This document shows positions 1 through 10,351 of a stretch of 16,875 bases of DNA, piece by piece. The notes below the pieces were generated by a model, which worked only from the letters and a program-made list of their open reading frames with translations, was not told the origin of the DNA and made no database searches. Source of the DNA: Octopus sinensis (lineage: Eukaryota); assembly GCF_006345805.1 (NCBI RefSeq), contig NW_021825009.1:1-16875 (forward strand). Reading direction: 5' to 3'. The position numbers and the translations under genes are program-made. Numbering within the stretch: the first letter of the stretch is position 1; every line of letters starts with the position of its first letter.

Positions 1-5
1 CGGGG

Positions 6-500
6 ATATAATGATGACGATTATGATGATGATGATGATGATAAGGAGGAGGAAGAGGAGGAAGAGGAGGAATAAGGGACGGTGGCAACGATGATGATGA
101 TGAGGAGCAGGAGGGGGGAGGAGGGGGAAGCGGTGTTGACAACGATGATGATGATGATGATGATGATGATAATGAGGAAGATGAGGAATAAAGGGCGGTG
201 GCAACGACGACGATGATGATGATGAGGAGGAGGAGGAGGAGGGATGCGGTGATGACGACGATGATGATGATGGTTAAAAAACATGCCGAAGAATACGACG
301 GTGATGAAGGAGATGACTGATGTTTTCATGATGATGATGATGACGACGGTGGTGAGGATGATGAGGATGAGAACGACGGCAGCGATGGCGAAAACGATGA
401 TGATGATGAAAAAGATTATGCTACTGATAGTTAAACCCATGCTTAATACTAAATAGGAAAACGGCAGTGACAACAACAACAACAACAACAATAATAATAT
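6..500. repeat. Degenerate trinucleotide low-complexity tract (GAT/GAG/GAC, ending in CAA/AAT)
   Basis: Runs of gatgatgat, gaggaggag, gacgacgat and caacaacaa are visible. The 156-aa minus ORF (poly-I/H/S/P) is the translation of these repeats. Confidence 0.9.
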
Positions 501-939
501 TGAAAAATAGTAATCATGGAGGTGGTGGTGGTGGACGTGAGGATCTTGTTGGCGTAATAACGCCGATGGGATTGTGGTATAGGTGGTGGCGCTGAGGAAG
601 ACGTAGTGAGTGGTGGCGGTGATTACGTATCAAAATGTTGGTCCAATGTGCCAAAAAATCTGCTATTGACGGACGTAGAGCAGTCGTTGACCCCTTTCTG
701 GCCTTTTCGCTTTCAAATTTGATGAGAAAGGCAGCAACGGTGTAGGGAAATAGTAAAAATAATAAAAGAAAAGGGAAAAAAATTCCGAAAAGAAAAAGGC
801 GAACAAAACATTAAGTGTCTTTTACATTTGGACGCCATTTTAGGACTTCATTATTTTCTTTCGTTTACACAGCAGCCATTTTGGTTTTTAAATTTTGTTC
901 CCTGTTTGTGTTGTGCCTGCATACCTGTGTGCTGCGGAC

Positions 940-1006
940 GGCTATATGTGTATCAAATGCATGCATGTGTGTTTGTATGTGTGTGTGTGTATTTATATGT
1001 ATATAT

Positions 1007-1048
<42 letters not shown>

Positions 1049-2098
1049 ACACATACATATGCATATGTATATATATATATCAATGCGGCTATGCTTACAC
1101 ACGTGTATATATGCATATATATATATACATATATGTATATATATATATGCATATATATCTATACATATATGTATACATATATATACATACGAATATATGC
1201 ATATACATGTATATATATATATATATACACACCCATATCTATATCTATGTATTCATATATATATATATATATATATGATGGGGTGTGTGTGTATTTGTAT
1301 ATATTTGTCTGCATATCTGTAAATGTATGTATACACACGCACATATGTCTATATATACAAATTTATGTGCGTATTCTGTATGCTTGCACATACACATATG
1401 CATATAATTCCAGGCACACACACTTGCACACATACGAAATATGTGTGTGTGTGTTTGTGCGTGTGTACACACGAGATTTTGGTAGAACAAATAGAATTCA
1501 ATACGAATATACAGACATTTTCTTTATAGATTTTTTAAACTTTTTATTTTTTGAATCGTTGTTGTTTAAAATTTCTGCCGATTAAAAAACAAATATTTTT
1601 GTGAGTATGCATATATATACGTATGTATATATATGCATACGTATATATATATATATATTACATACATGCATACATACATATATGTATACATGTATATATA
1701 ATATATATATATATATATACATATGTATGGATATATACATATGTATGGATATATATGTATATATACATACTACATGCATATATATATATATATATATTGT
1801 ATATATATCTATATATCTATCTATCTATATATAGATATAAATGTATATACATGTATGTATGTATGTATGTATGTATGTATGTATATATATGCATATATAT
1901 ATCCTAGTGTAATATATTTTTGTGTGTGTTTAATCGTACAATTTTCTGAGTGATTAACTCTGAGTATTTGCGTGTGTGTGTGTGTGTCCGTGCGTATACG
2001 TGTGTGCATGTATTCGTTTGTCTATATGTACCTGGGTGTGTGCGTGTGAATGTGAGCATGTTCGTGGATTTGGCCCTGTATGCATGTTTGTATGTGTA

Positions 2099-2169
<71 letters not shown>

Positions 2170-2830
2170 ATATATAGACGTGTGTGTGCATGTTTGTATA
2201 TGTATACATATCTACGTAATCACACACATATACATATATGTATATATGCCTTTATAGTTGTCTATCTGAGTGTGTGTGTGTATGAAGATGTATGTGGGGC
2301 TTTGTGTGTGTATGTGCGTGTGTGTAAGAGTGTGTGTCCATGTCGTAATACCAATACGAGTGCGCAGGCGCATTGCAGTCTGTAACTATGTATATATATG
2401 TATGGCTATACGACTATGTATAGCTATGTACGAATGTGAGATTTGTCTGTGTGTGTACGTGTGTGTGTGCCCGTGTGTAGGTCTAACTACAAACGTATGC
2501 GTGTATATGTATGTGGGTGAGCGTATATGCGTGTGTGCATGTGTGTATATGTTCGTTCGCCTGTATCACATATCGTGTGTATATGTGTGTTTGTGTATAT
2601 AGGTATGCATGTGTGTGTGTGTATGTATGTCTAGTAGTTGCCTATATGTACGCCCTCCACATAAACACACACATACTCACAGACACACACATACAGTGAC
2701 GTACATACACACGTACGAATGACATGCACATACGTACATCAAGACATAACGGCACACACGCAATACACACGTGCTTAAATATATACGCATATTCAAACGC
2801 ACGTATTTACATATATATACACAGAAATTA
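940..2830. repeat. Compound microsatellite field (TA)n/(TG)n/(CA)n/(TATG)n
   Basis: Nearly continuous alternating purine-pyrimidine repeats with short unique spacers. The ORFs here are YI/CV/HT repeat translations. Confidence 0.95.
2099..2168. repeat. Pure (TATC)n/(GATA)n tetranucleotide microsatellite
   Basis: About 17 uninterrupted tcta units. Confidence 0.97.
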
Positions 2831-2848
2831 ACATACACGTTCATCCAA

Positions 2849-2943
2849 GAGTGGCTGTGTGGTAAGTAACTTGCTTACCAACCAGATGGTTCCGGGTTCA
2901 GTCCCATTACGTGGCACCTTGGACATGTGTCTTCTACTATAGC
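2849..2943 (+). mobile_element. tRNA-derived SINE family A, 5' fragment
   Basis: gagtggctgtgtggtaagtaacttgcttaccaaccagatggttccgggttcagtccc...tcttctactatagc aligns with 3002-3096 of the adjacent full copy, with a few substitutions. Confidence 0.9.
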
Positions 2944-2994
2944 GTCAGGCTATGTACATACCTACGTCTATATGTATATATACACGCATATATA

Positions 2995-3404
2995 GGCGCA
3001 GGAGTGGCTGTGTGGTAAGTAGCTTGTCTACCAACCACATGGTTCCGGGTTCAGTCCCACTGCGTGGCAACTTGGGCAAGTGTCTTCTACTATAGCCTCG
3101 GGCCGGCCAAAGCCTTGTGAGTGGATTTGGTAAGACGGAAACTGAAAGAGCCCGTCGTATATATGTATATATATATATATGTGTGTGTGTGTTGTGTGTC
3201 TGTATTTGTCCCCCTAGCATTGCTTGACAACCGATGCTGGTGTGTTTATGTCCCCGTCACTTAGCGGTTCGGCAAAAGAGACCGATAGAATAAGTACTGG
3301 GCTTACAAAAGAATAAGTCCCGGGGGTCGAGTTGCTCGATTAAAGGCGGTGCTCCAGCATGGCCGCAGTCAAATGACTGAAACAAGTAAAAGAGTAAAAG
3401 AGTA
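2995..3404 (+). mobile_element. tRNA-derived SINE family A, full length (about 410 bp; octopus-type, CORE-like central segment)
   Basis: A-box-like TGGCTGTGTGG (3005-3015), B-box-like GGTTCAGTCCC (3048-3058), CORE-like CTTGGGCAAGTGTCTT, an internal (TA)n(TG)n tract and a short-repeat tail agtaaaagagtaaaagagta. Homologous pieces occur at 2849, 8979, 11141 and 14426. Confidence 0.9.
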
Positions 3405-3574
3405 TATGGGTACAGGAAACCAAAAAAACCTTGAACACAATGAGAAACGAAAACATAAAAGCAAAAACATGGAAACGAACTTTTTTTTCAAACAACGAAA
3501 AAACAGAGTACAAGGCATACAACACAAGGAATATTCCCCTTCTTCAGTTGTCCCTGTTTCGTCTACTCCGGGTT

Positions 3575-3742
3575 TACAGTTTTTCAACATGTATAAGGAA
3601 TCCCCAAATTTGTGGGGCTTAAAATTAAAAAAAAAAACGGTTTTGTAAGGGATTACAAGACTATCCATGTATAAGAAACTCCCATGTTTTTTAACCTAAT
3701 TTTAGACAAAAAGGGTACACTTATATACGTTAAAATATGCTA
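3575..3742. mobile_element. Degenerate MITE with Tc1/mariner-superfamily (Tc2/pogo-like) termini
   Basis: Left end tacagtttttcaacatgtataag matches the reverse complement of right end cttatatacgttaaaatatgcta at 16/23 positions, with TA at both ends. The catgtataag motif is repeated internally near 3666. Confidence 0.45.
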
Positions 3743-3780
3743 TATATCTGTATGTGTATATATATATACATAAAATATAT

Positions 3781-4113
3781 AATGGTGTCATTCAGACCCA
3801 AAGGTGTCAGGTAATGCTGAATAAGTGCTATAGACAGACCATAGATAGGTTCCAGATTCGGTAATATTGCGAATAAAGAGTTCAACGTTGGTTCTATGTC
3901 AACGTGTGTATATAAGAATTTTTTGCGTAATAAGATAAAACAGATAAACCAAGGCTAACTAACTATGACTTAATTTTTCCTCTCACACCGTCTCCGATGA
4001 AGGGATATAATTAATTAATATCCTAGAAACAGCTGTAAGACCTTCTATATATAAATGCTCTGATATCTATGCAGCCTTGGTTTTTTTTAATCTTTTTACG
4101 CAAAAAATTCTTA
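3781..4113 (+). mobile_element. Probable Penelope-like element 3' end / pseudo-LTR fragment inserted in (TA)n
   Basis: Unique segment flanked on both sides by TA-rich repeats, containing a minimal hammerhead-like motif followed by a T-rich tail. Boundaries are approximate. Confidence 0.55.
3990..4041 (+). ncRNA. Minimal type I hammerhead ribozyme-like motif (variant core)
   Basis: Stem I GTCT(3990-3993)/AGAC(4038-4041); core CCGATGA (3994-4000, U4C variant); stem II GGGATAT/ATATCCT; GAAA (4026-4029); palindromic stem III ACAGCTGT; GUA triplet (4035-4037). Confidence 0.7.
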
Positions 4114-4133
4114 TGTATATATATTTATATATA

Positions 4134-4172
<39 letters not shown>

Positions 4173-4478
4173 TATATGTATATATATATATGTATATATA
4201 TATATGTATTATATATATATATATATATATATGTACATATTATATATATATATGTACTATATATATAATATATATATGTACATATAATATAATATATATA
4301 TGTACATATATATATATATATATATATATGTACATATATATATATATGTATATATATATATTGTAACATATATATATATATATATATATGTTTACATATA
4401 TATATATATATGTACATATATGTACATATATATATATATAATATATATATCATATATATATATATATATTTTATATAC
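4114..4478. repeat. (TA)n-rich microsatellite with interspersed gtacata units
   Basis: Direct inspection. Confidence 0.95.
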
Positions 4479-4864
4479 AGGCAACGTGATGCAGACAAAA
4501 AATAAAACTCATAGTATGATTATATGATGTATATTTTTTATTAATATTAGCAGAGGCAACAGAGTAGCTCATGGTCCGAGAGTTTCGTGTGTTGCCACTT
4601 ACCAACAGTCGGCCCTTGAGCCACACCGATTCTTCTACTGACATTAATATTAATATATACGTGTGTGTGTGTATGTGTGCTTGTATATGTCTGTGTGTGT
4701 CTGTGTGTGTGCTTGTATGTGTCTGTGTGTCTGTGGTAACATGCCGCATAATATGTCGGCCATTTTCATTTTCTAATATTCTATCACCGCTTTTATTTTT
4801 GCTTGCTATTATATAGCGAATCTCCTTGAGATTTTCCTTTCAATGTGGCTTTTTTGAGGGTTTA

Positions 4865-4981
4865 ATATATATTCGTGTGTATATATATATGCGTGTGCGT
4901 GTCTGTATATGTGTATATACATGCACACATACATACACACATATATATATATATATATGTATGTATGTACCTATCTATTTG

Positions 4982-5014
<33 letters not shown>

Positions 5015-5780
5015 TCATCTATGTATATATGTTTGTAGGTATGTATGCATATATATATATTCATCTATGTATATATATATGTATGTGTATATATATATTC
5101 ATATAAGTCTATATATATGTGTGTGTATGCATGTGTGTGTGCATGTATGTATATATTTATATATATGGTGTGTGTGTGTGTATCTATATATATATTCATC
5201 TATGTATATATATGTATGTATGTATGCATATATATATATACATATTCATCTATGTATATATATATATTCATCTATGTATATATATGTATGTGTATATATT
5301 TATATATTCATCTATGTATATATATGTATGTATGCATATATATATATTCATCTATGTATATGTATGTATGTATGCATATATATATATTCATCTATGTATA
5401 TATATGTATGTATGTATGCATATATATATATTCATCTATGTATATATATGTATGCATGCATATATATATATTCATCTATGTATATATATGTATGCATATA
5501 TATATTCATCTATGTATATATATGTATATGTTTGTATGTATGTATGTCTGCATATATATATATTCATCTATGTATATATATATGTATGTGTATATATATA
5601 TTCATATGTCTATATATATGTGTGTGTGTATGCATGTGTGTGTGCATGTATGTATATATTTATATATGTGTGTGTGTGTATCTATATATGTGTGTGTATG
5701 TATATATGTTTGTGCATATGTGTGTATTTATATATATATATGTGTGTGTGTACATAGATATGTATATATGTATGTATGTT
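4865..5780. repeat. Microsatellite-derived minisatellite with a recurring ATTCATCTATG core
   Basis: ATTCATCTATG occurs 12 times between 5013 and 5572, often about 40 bp apart. The 322, 263 and 212-aa ORFs are repeat artefacts. Confidence 0.9.
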
Positions 5781-6269
5781 ACCTCATATTCTCAATGTTT
5801 TCCACTCTCTCTACATATCTATTTAGGTATTACTAAAGTTTGATTATATGTGTGTTGGGTGGTTGGGTCTGTGTGTGAGTAAGCGTTTGTGAGTGTGTGT
5901 ATATTTGTAGATAGGCTTGTATATAATATATATGCGTGTATGTGTGTATATGAAATTTTCTACGTACGTATTGCACACATACATATGGAAATGGAAATAT
6001 AAGCTGTCACGTACGTAGAGTTATGGATGTGTGTAAATACACATGTATATACTAGCGTGTTGCATATCCACATGCGATCACTCCCGACTTACCCATACAC
6101 ACACATACGTATATGTACGTACGCTTCTATTCACGTGTCGCTTTATCTTCCGAGCTGAATATTACGAACTTCTGTCAATAAATATGATATTGCTTCCCCT
6201 TGTGAAAGCCCTGTCCTTCAGCAATCAATTCACTCCGATTAGGGACCAATACGTCATTATGCATACTAA

Positions 6270-6520
6270 TGAATGTCCGATATATCTGCTAGGTCGTCAC
6301 AATTCCTGTTGTGCCAAAAGGAATAGAGTCCCATTGTTGCCTGGCTCCAAATGCGGCTGAAATATCGCTGAGTTGCGCGCGATTGAAGCGTATGTCTTAA
6401 TCTTGCTCAATACTTAGAAACGAACCACTTCCATTATTTCGGTATTTACAGAGATGATGGACTGGCAATTTCATACAATGAGAAAAATGTTCCCTTCTAC
6501 TTATTTAGCAGTTGTCATCT
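6270..6520 (+). pseudogene. Decayed Penelope-like reverse transcriptase fragment, copy 1
   Basis: 6438-6470 translates as FGIYRDDGLAI, matching the GLYRDDGL catalytic motif of Penelope-like RTs. A frameshifted GS..GAEI.EL-like remnant starts at 6343, and stop codons are present. Confidence 0.6.
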
Positions 6521-6749
6521 TTCGGGAATTTACGGGACGGACCACGTCGCTGTATCGACAGCGTCTTTCTCGTGACAGCCTTCCGGCATCGGTCGCGGGT
6601 ACGTCCACATGTACGACGGCGATACCGCGAGCTTAGGTTCGTTCTTTCGATATCGGTCACGGTAGCGCGGCGGAGGAACGGGCGACCAGCGCAGGCCTGC
6701 CGCTGGCGGCCCCGCGGGGCGTAGACGAACGGGATTTAAGAGTGAACTG

Positions 6750-7340
6750 ATCAACGTCCGAAGTATATTCTATATCATAACAATTTTTGTTGTACCAAAA
6801 CGAATAGACATCTATTGTTCTGCGTCTACAAATGTTCTGCGTCTCCTGAAATGATGCCGAGTTGTTCGCGATGTAGTGAGTCTGTTCATATTGCTCAACA
6901 CTGTGAGGGCGCGTGGCTTAGTGGTTAGGGCATTCGGCTCATGATCGTAAGGTTGTGAGTTCGATTCCCGGCGACGCGTTGTGTCCTTGAGCAAGACACT
7001 TTATTTCACGTTGCTCCAGTCCACTCAGCTGGCAAAAATGAGTTGTAATTGTATTTCAAAGGGTCAGCCTTGTCACTCTCTGTGTCACGCTGATTATCCC
7101 CGAGAACTACGTTAGGGGGTACGCGTGTCTGTGGAATGCTCAGCCATTTGCACGTTAATGTCACGAGCAAGCTGTTCGGTTGATCGTATCAGCTGGGACC
7201 CTCGTCGTCGTAACCGGCGGAGTCTTAAGATTGCTCAACACTAGAAACGAACCGCTTTTATTATTCCGGTATGTACAGAGATGATGGCTGGCAATCTCTT
7301 ACAGAATGAATTATATTCCGTTTTATTTATTTAGAAATGA
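6750..7340 (+). pseudogene. Decayed Penelope-like RT fragment, copy 2, split by a SINE
   Basis: 6750-6902 plus 7243-7340 aligns with 6270-6520. 7265-7288 translates as SGMYRDDG, followed by a 1-nt deletion. Confidence 0.55.
6903..7229 (+). mobile_element. tRNA-derived SINE family B, full length with 13-bp target-site duplication
   Basis: A box TGGCTTAGTGG (6914-6924), B box GTTCGATTCC (6959-6968) and a CORE-like segment gtgtccttgagcaagacacttt...cagctggcaaaaatgag. Perfect direct repeats ATTGCTCAACACT lie at 6890-6902 and 7230-7242. Confidence 0.92.
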
Positions 7341-7378
7341 TTTCATATGAAAATTCCCAGAGATTTGCTAATGATTGG

Positions 7379-7420
7379 TAGTGTATCTAGGATTACATTA
7401 TCTAATGTGTCCTTGCATTT
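7379..7420 (-). repeat. Fragment of a dispersed repeat related to the 118-bp tandem unit
   Basis: tagtgtatctaggattacattatctaatgtgt is the reverse complement of acacattagataatgtagtcctagatacacta (about 16692-16723), with one mismatch. Confidence 0.75.
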
Positions 7421-7499
7421 TTAAACGTTAGAACGAGGTTGAAAAGGGAGGTGGGAGCTGAATCAACTATTTCCAGAAATTGCATGTATCCATATTACC

Positions 7500-7620
7500 T
7501 GATCTATATAGAGAGAGATAAATAGGTGGATAAATAAGCAGAGTAACAGACAGACTGATAGGTAGACTAACAGACAGACAGATATATACATACATTCAGA
7601 TATATACACATACATATATG

Positions 7621-7661
<41 letters not shown>

Positions 7662-7728
7662 TTGTGTGTGTGTGTATGTGTGTGTATGTGTGTGTGTATA
7701 TATATATTTATGTGTGTGTGTATATGTA

Positions 7729-7760
<32 letters not shown>

Positions 7761-7812
7761 ATATGTATGTGTGTGTGTATGTATGTGTGTGTGTATATAT
7801 ATGTATGGTGTG

Positions 7813-7844
<32 letters not shown>

Positions 7845-8502
7845 CATATATACACGCATACATATATACGGACACATAATATACATGTAAGGCAACATAC
7901 ACAAAAATATGTATTTATACACATATGTGCATACATATACACATGCATATACACAAATACATACATGCATACGTATATATACATACATGCATACATTCAC
8001 AAACACATACACACGCATACGCACACATACATGCACATACATACACATAGTGACACATACACATGCATACATACATACATCCATACATAAATACACAAAA
8101 ACAAACATATATACATACATACACACGAGCACACACACGCATACATACATGCACACATATACATACATGCACATATACACATGCATATATACATACACAC
8201 GAACACATGCATGCACTCATACATACATATACACATACTCACATACATACATACACACACATACACATTCATACATACATACAGACATACACTTGCATAC
8301 CTACATAATGCATACATACACACACATACACATACGTACATACACATACGTACATACACATACACTTACAAACATACATACACACATATATATACATACA
8401 CACATACACAATATACATACATACATGCATACATACACACATACACATGTATATATACACACACACATAGATGCATTCACACACACATTCATACATACAT
8501 AC
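7500..8502. repeat. Compound GATA/GACA, (TA)(TG) and (CA)(CATA) microsatellite field
   Basis: Direct inspection; TG-rich up to about 7850, then CA-rich. Confidence 0.95.
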
Positions 8503-8785
8503 TTAAGTCGTCTTTTTGACTAGAAGTTTGAAATGTTTTTTACATTTTATGTCAGACATTTTCTTTTCTTCACAGAACTCACATTTTCCCTCTTTTATTG
8601 TGGTTAAAAGCTTTCTTCCGTGTTGAAACGTCTTCTCCACACACACACACACACACACCTATCCCACCCTACACATTCTTCTTGCCATTTCATTTTCTTT
8701 TCCGGTGTCCCTTTTATTCTTTCCTTTCTTTCCGAGTCCATTCTCAACTCCTCAACACCAGGCTTTGTTATAACCCACTTAAATA

Positions 8786-8828
<43 letters not shown>

Positions 8829-8978
8829 TCATCATTTAACTTGCTCTACTAACCTAGCCTCCATACTTCGACCCTCTTAAATACATTCACACAACACAGC
8901 AATTCACACATACCACTCCCTGTCTTAAATCATCTTCGAGGTACAGGCACACACCTATACCTGTTTCTACACATCTAC

Positions 8979-9177
8979 ACTCTTTACTCTTTTACTTGTT
9001 TCAGTCATTTGACTGCGGCCATGCTGGAGTACTGCCTTCAATCGAGCAACTCGACCCCAGGACTTATTCTTTTGTAAGCCCAGTACTTATTCTATCGGTC
9101 TCTTTGCCGAACCGCTAAGTAACGGGGACATAAACACACCAGCATCGGTTGTCAAGCGATGTTGGGGACAAACACAA

Positions 9178-9228
<51 letters not shown>

Positions 9229-9311
9229 ACGGGCTTCTTTCAGTTTCTGTCTACCAAATCCACTCACAAGGCTTTGGTCAGCCCGAGGCTATAGTAGAAG
9301 ACACTTGCCCA
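8979..9311 (-). mobile_element. SINE family A, 5'-truncated copy
   Basis: Reverse complement of about 3073-3404: tail actcttttacttgtttcagtc through internal (CA)(TA) to gaagacacttgccca. It lacks the tRNA head. Confidence 0.92.
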
Positions 9312-9553
9312 CGTTCACTTTTCTTACATAACTCATACCACGGTGCTGCCATTAGTCCTCTTCTTCGCTCTCTCAGTTAGTTTCCCTTTATTTTAATGAA
9401 AGACTTAACGCCCGAAACGTTCATCTATCTCTTTTTACTCTTACGTTTTAAGGTAATACCGTATTTGTTAAACCGTGTCTCTCCTGAGTTGCTTCTAAAT
9501 TTTCACTGTACTCACACGATACATTCATACATGTATTTATGTTTGTATGCATG

Positions 9554-9554
<1 letters not shown>

Positions 9555-9589
<35 letters not shown>

Positions 9590-9722
9590 AACATATATTA
9601 TATATATATATATATATACACAAACATATAATATATATAATTATATATATATATATATATATACACACAAACATATATATTATATATATACACAAACTAT
9701 ATACTATATATATATATATATA
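9555..9722. repeat. (TA)n-CACAAACA minisatellite, left part
   Basis: Repeated tatatatacacaaacatata units; the same unit resumes at 10352. Confidence 0.9.
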
Positions 9723-9789
9723 TAAAACATTATTGGTGAATTGAAGAAATGGAGCTGGACGCAGATTGAACAGAAATCGTTATATTTCA

Positions 9790-9869
9790 TTCTACACGTG
9801 TTTCGAAAGGCACAAATTACCAAAATCCGATTGAATAATGGGACCATATTGTGTCTTTCTCTTCAGGAA
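9790..9869 (-). ncRNA. Type I hammerhead ribozyme motif (minus-strand copy)
   Basis: Exact reverse complement of 10060-10139; predicted cleavage between 9793 and 9792. Confidence 0.8.
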
Positions 9870-10059
9870 GAAAAAAGGAAATCCGTTGGAAAAACAAAAA
9901 CAGAACAGAGGCAGAGCAAAAAACAAATCGAACTGTGCTCCTAAGAGCCCATGGCGAAACTCTTTCTGTTTCGCCATGGGCTCTTAGGAGCACAGTTCGA
10001 TTTGTTTTTTGCTCTGCCTCTGTTCTGTTTTTGGTTTTTCCAACGGATTTCCTTTTTTC

Positions 10060-10139
10060 TTCCTGAAGAGAAAGACACAATATGGTCCCATTATTCAATC
10101 GGATTTTGGTAATTTGTGCCTTTCGAAACACGTGTAGAA
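10060..10139 (+). ncRNA. Type I hammerhead ribozyme motif (plus-strand copy)
   Basis: Stem I TTC/GAA; core CTGAAGA (10063-10069); stem II GAAAGACACAA (10070-10080)/TTGTGCCTTTC (10114-10124), 10 of 11 pairs; GAAA (10125-10128); palindromic stem III ACACGTGT; GUA triplet (10134-10136). Confidence 0.82.
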
Positions 10140-10351
10140 TGAAATAAAACGATTTCTGTTCAATCTGCGTTCAGCCCATTCTTCATTCACCAATAATGTT
10201 TTAATTTCAATTATCCGCACCAACGCACGGTTGCAACGCCAGATGGTTGTACCTCCAACCGTGCTGTTCACTGCTGTGATTTTGCTACTAAGGTATCGGT
10301 TAAACTTTTGATTAATCTACTACAAGATTATTCATCTTTCTATTTCACATA

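Larger units (their letters stand above)
9723..10203. repeat. Long near-perfect inverted repeat (arms 238 and 236 bp, 7-nt spacer)
   Basis: Arm 9723-9960 is the reverse complement of 9968-10203, with spacer TCTTTCT. By eye the arms differ by 2 substitutions and 4 single-base indels. Confidence 0.97.
9723..10351 (+). mobile_element. Probable Penelope-like element remnant with inverted pseudo-LTR
   Basis: A hammerhead-containing unit with an inverted partial copy at its 5' side and about 148 bp of extra 3' extension (10204-10351). It interrupts a single minisatellite. No RT or GIY-YIG coding sequence is visible. Confidence 0.65.

Noticed and set aside
830-885. Two GCCATTTT (YY1-like) motifs
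   Set aside because: Short motifs with no other promoter evidence.
3405-3575. Minus-strand hammerhead-like pieces (AAACCCGGAGTAGAC, GAAAC, CTGAAGA followed by a GGAATATTCC palindrome)
   Set aside because: The pieces cannot be assembled into a complete three-stem core. Possibly a truncated PLE fragment, but unsupported.
4555-4632. GGCAACA/TGTTGCC inverted repeat with minus-strand CGAAACTC
   Set aside because: No CUGANGA box or NUH site in the right place; a short hairpin only.
6905-6975. Possible tRNA gene
   Set aside because: A and B boxes are present, but there is no proper acceptor stem. It continues into a SINE body bounded by a TSD.
7620-8502. TG-rich block followed by a CA-rich block (potential fold-back)
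   Set aside because: The complementarity is only generic dinucleotide-repeat pairing, with no specific inverted duplication.
815-8523. Many long ORFs rich in Y/I/C/V/M/H/T (for example 4875-5843, 322 aa)
   Set aside because: They are translations of (TA)/(TG)/(CA) repeats, which lack stop codons; they overlap in all frames and show no domain signal.
9741-10131. Mirror-image ORFs on both strands (FRKAQITKIRLNNGTILCLSLQEEKRK)
   Set aside because: A consequence of the palindrome; no recognisable protein motif.
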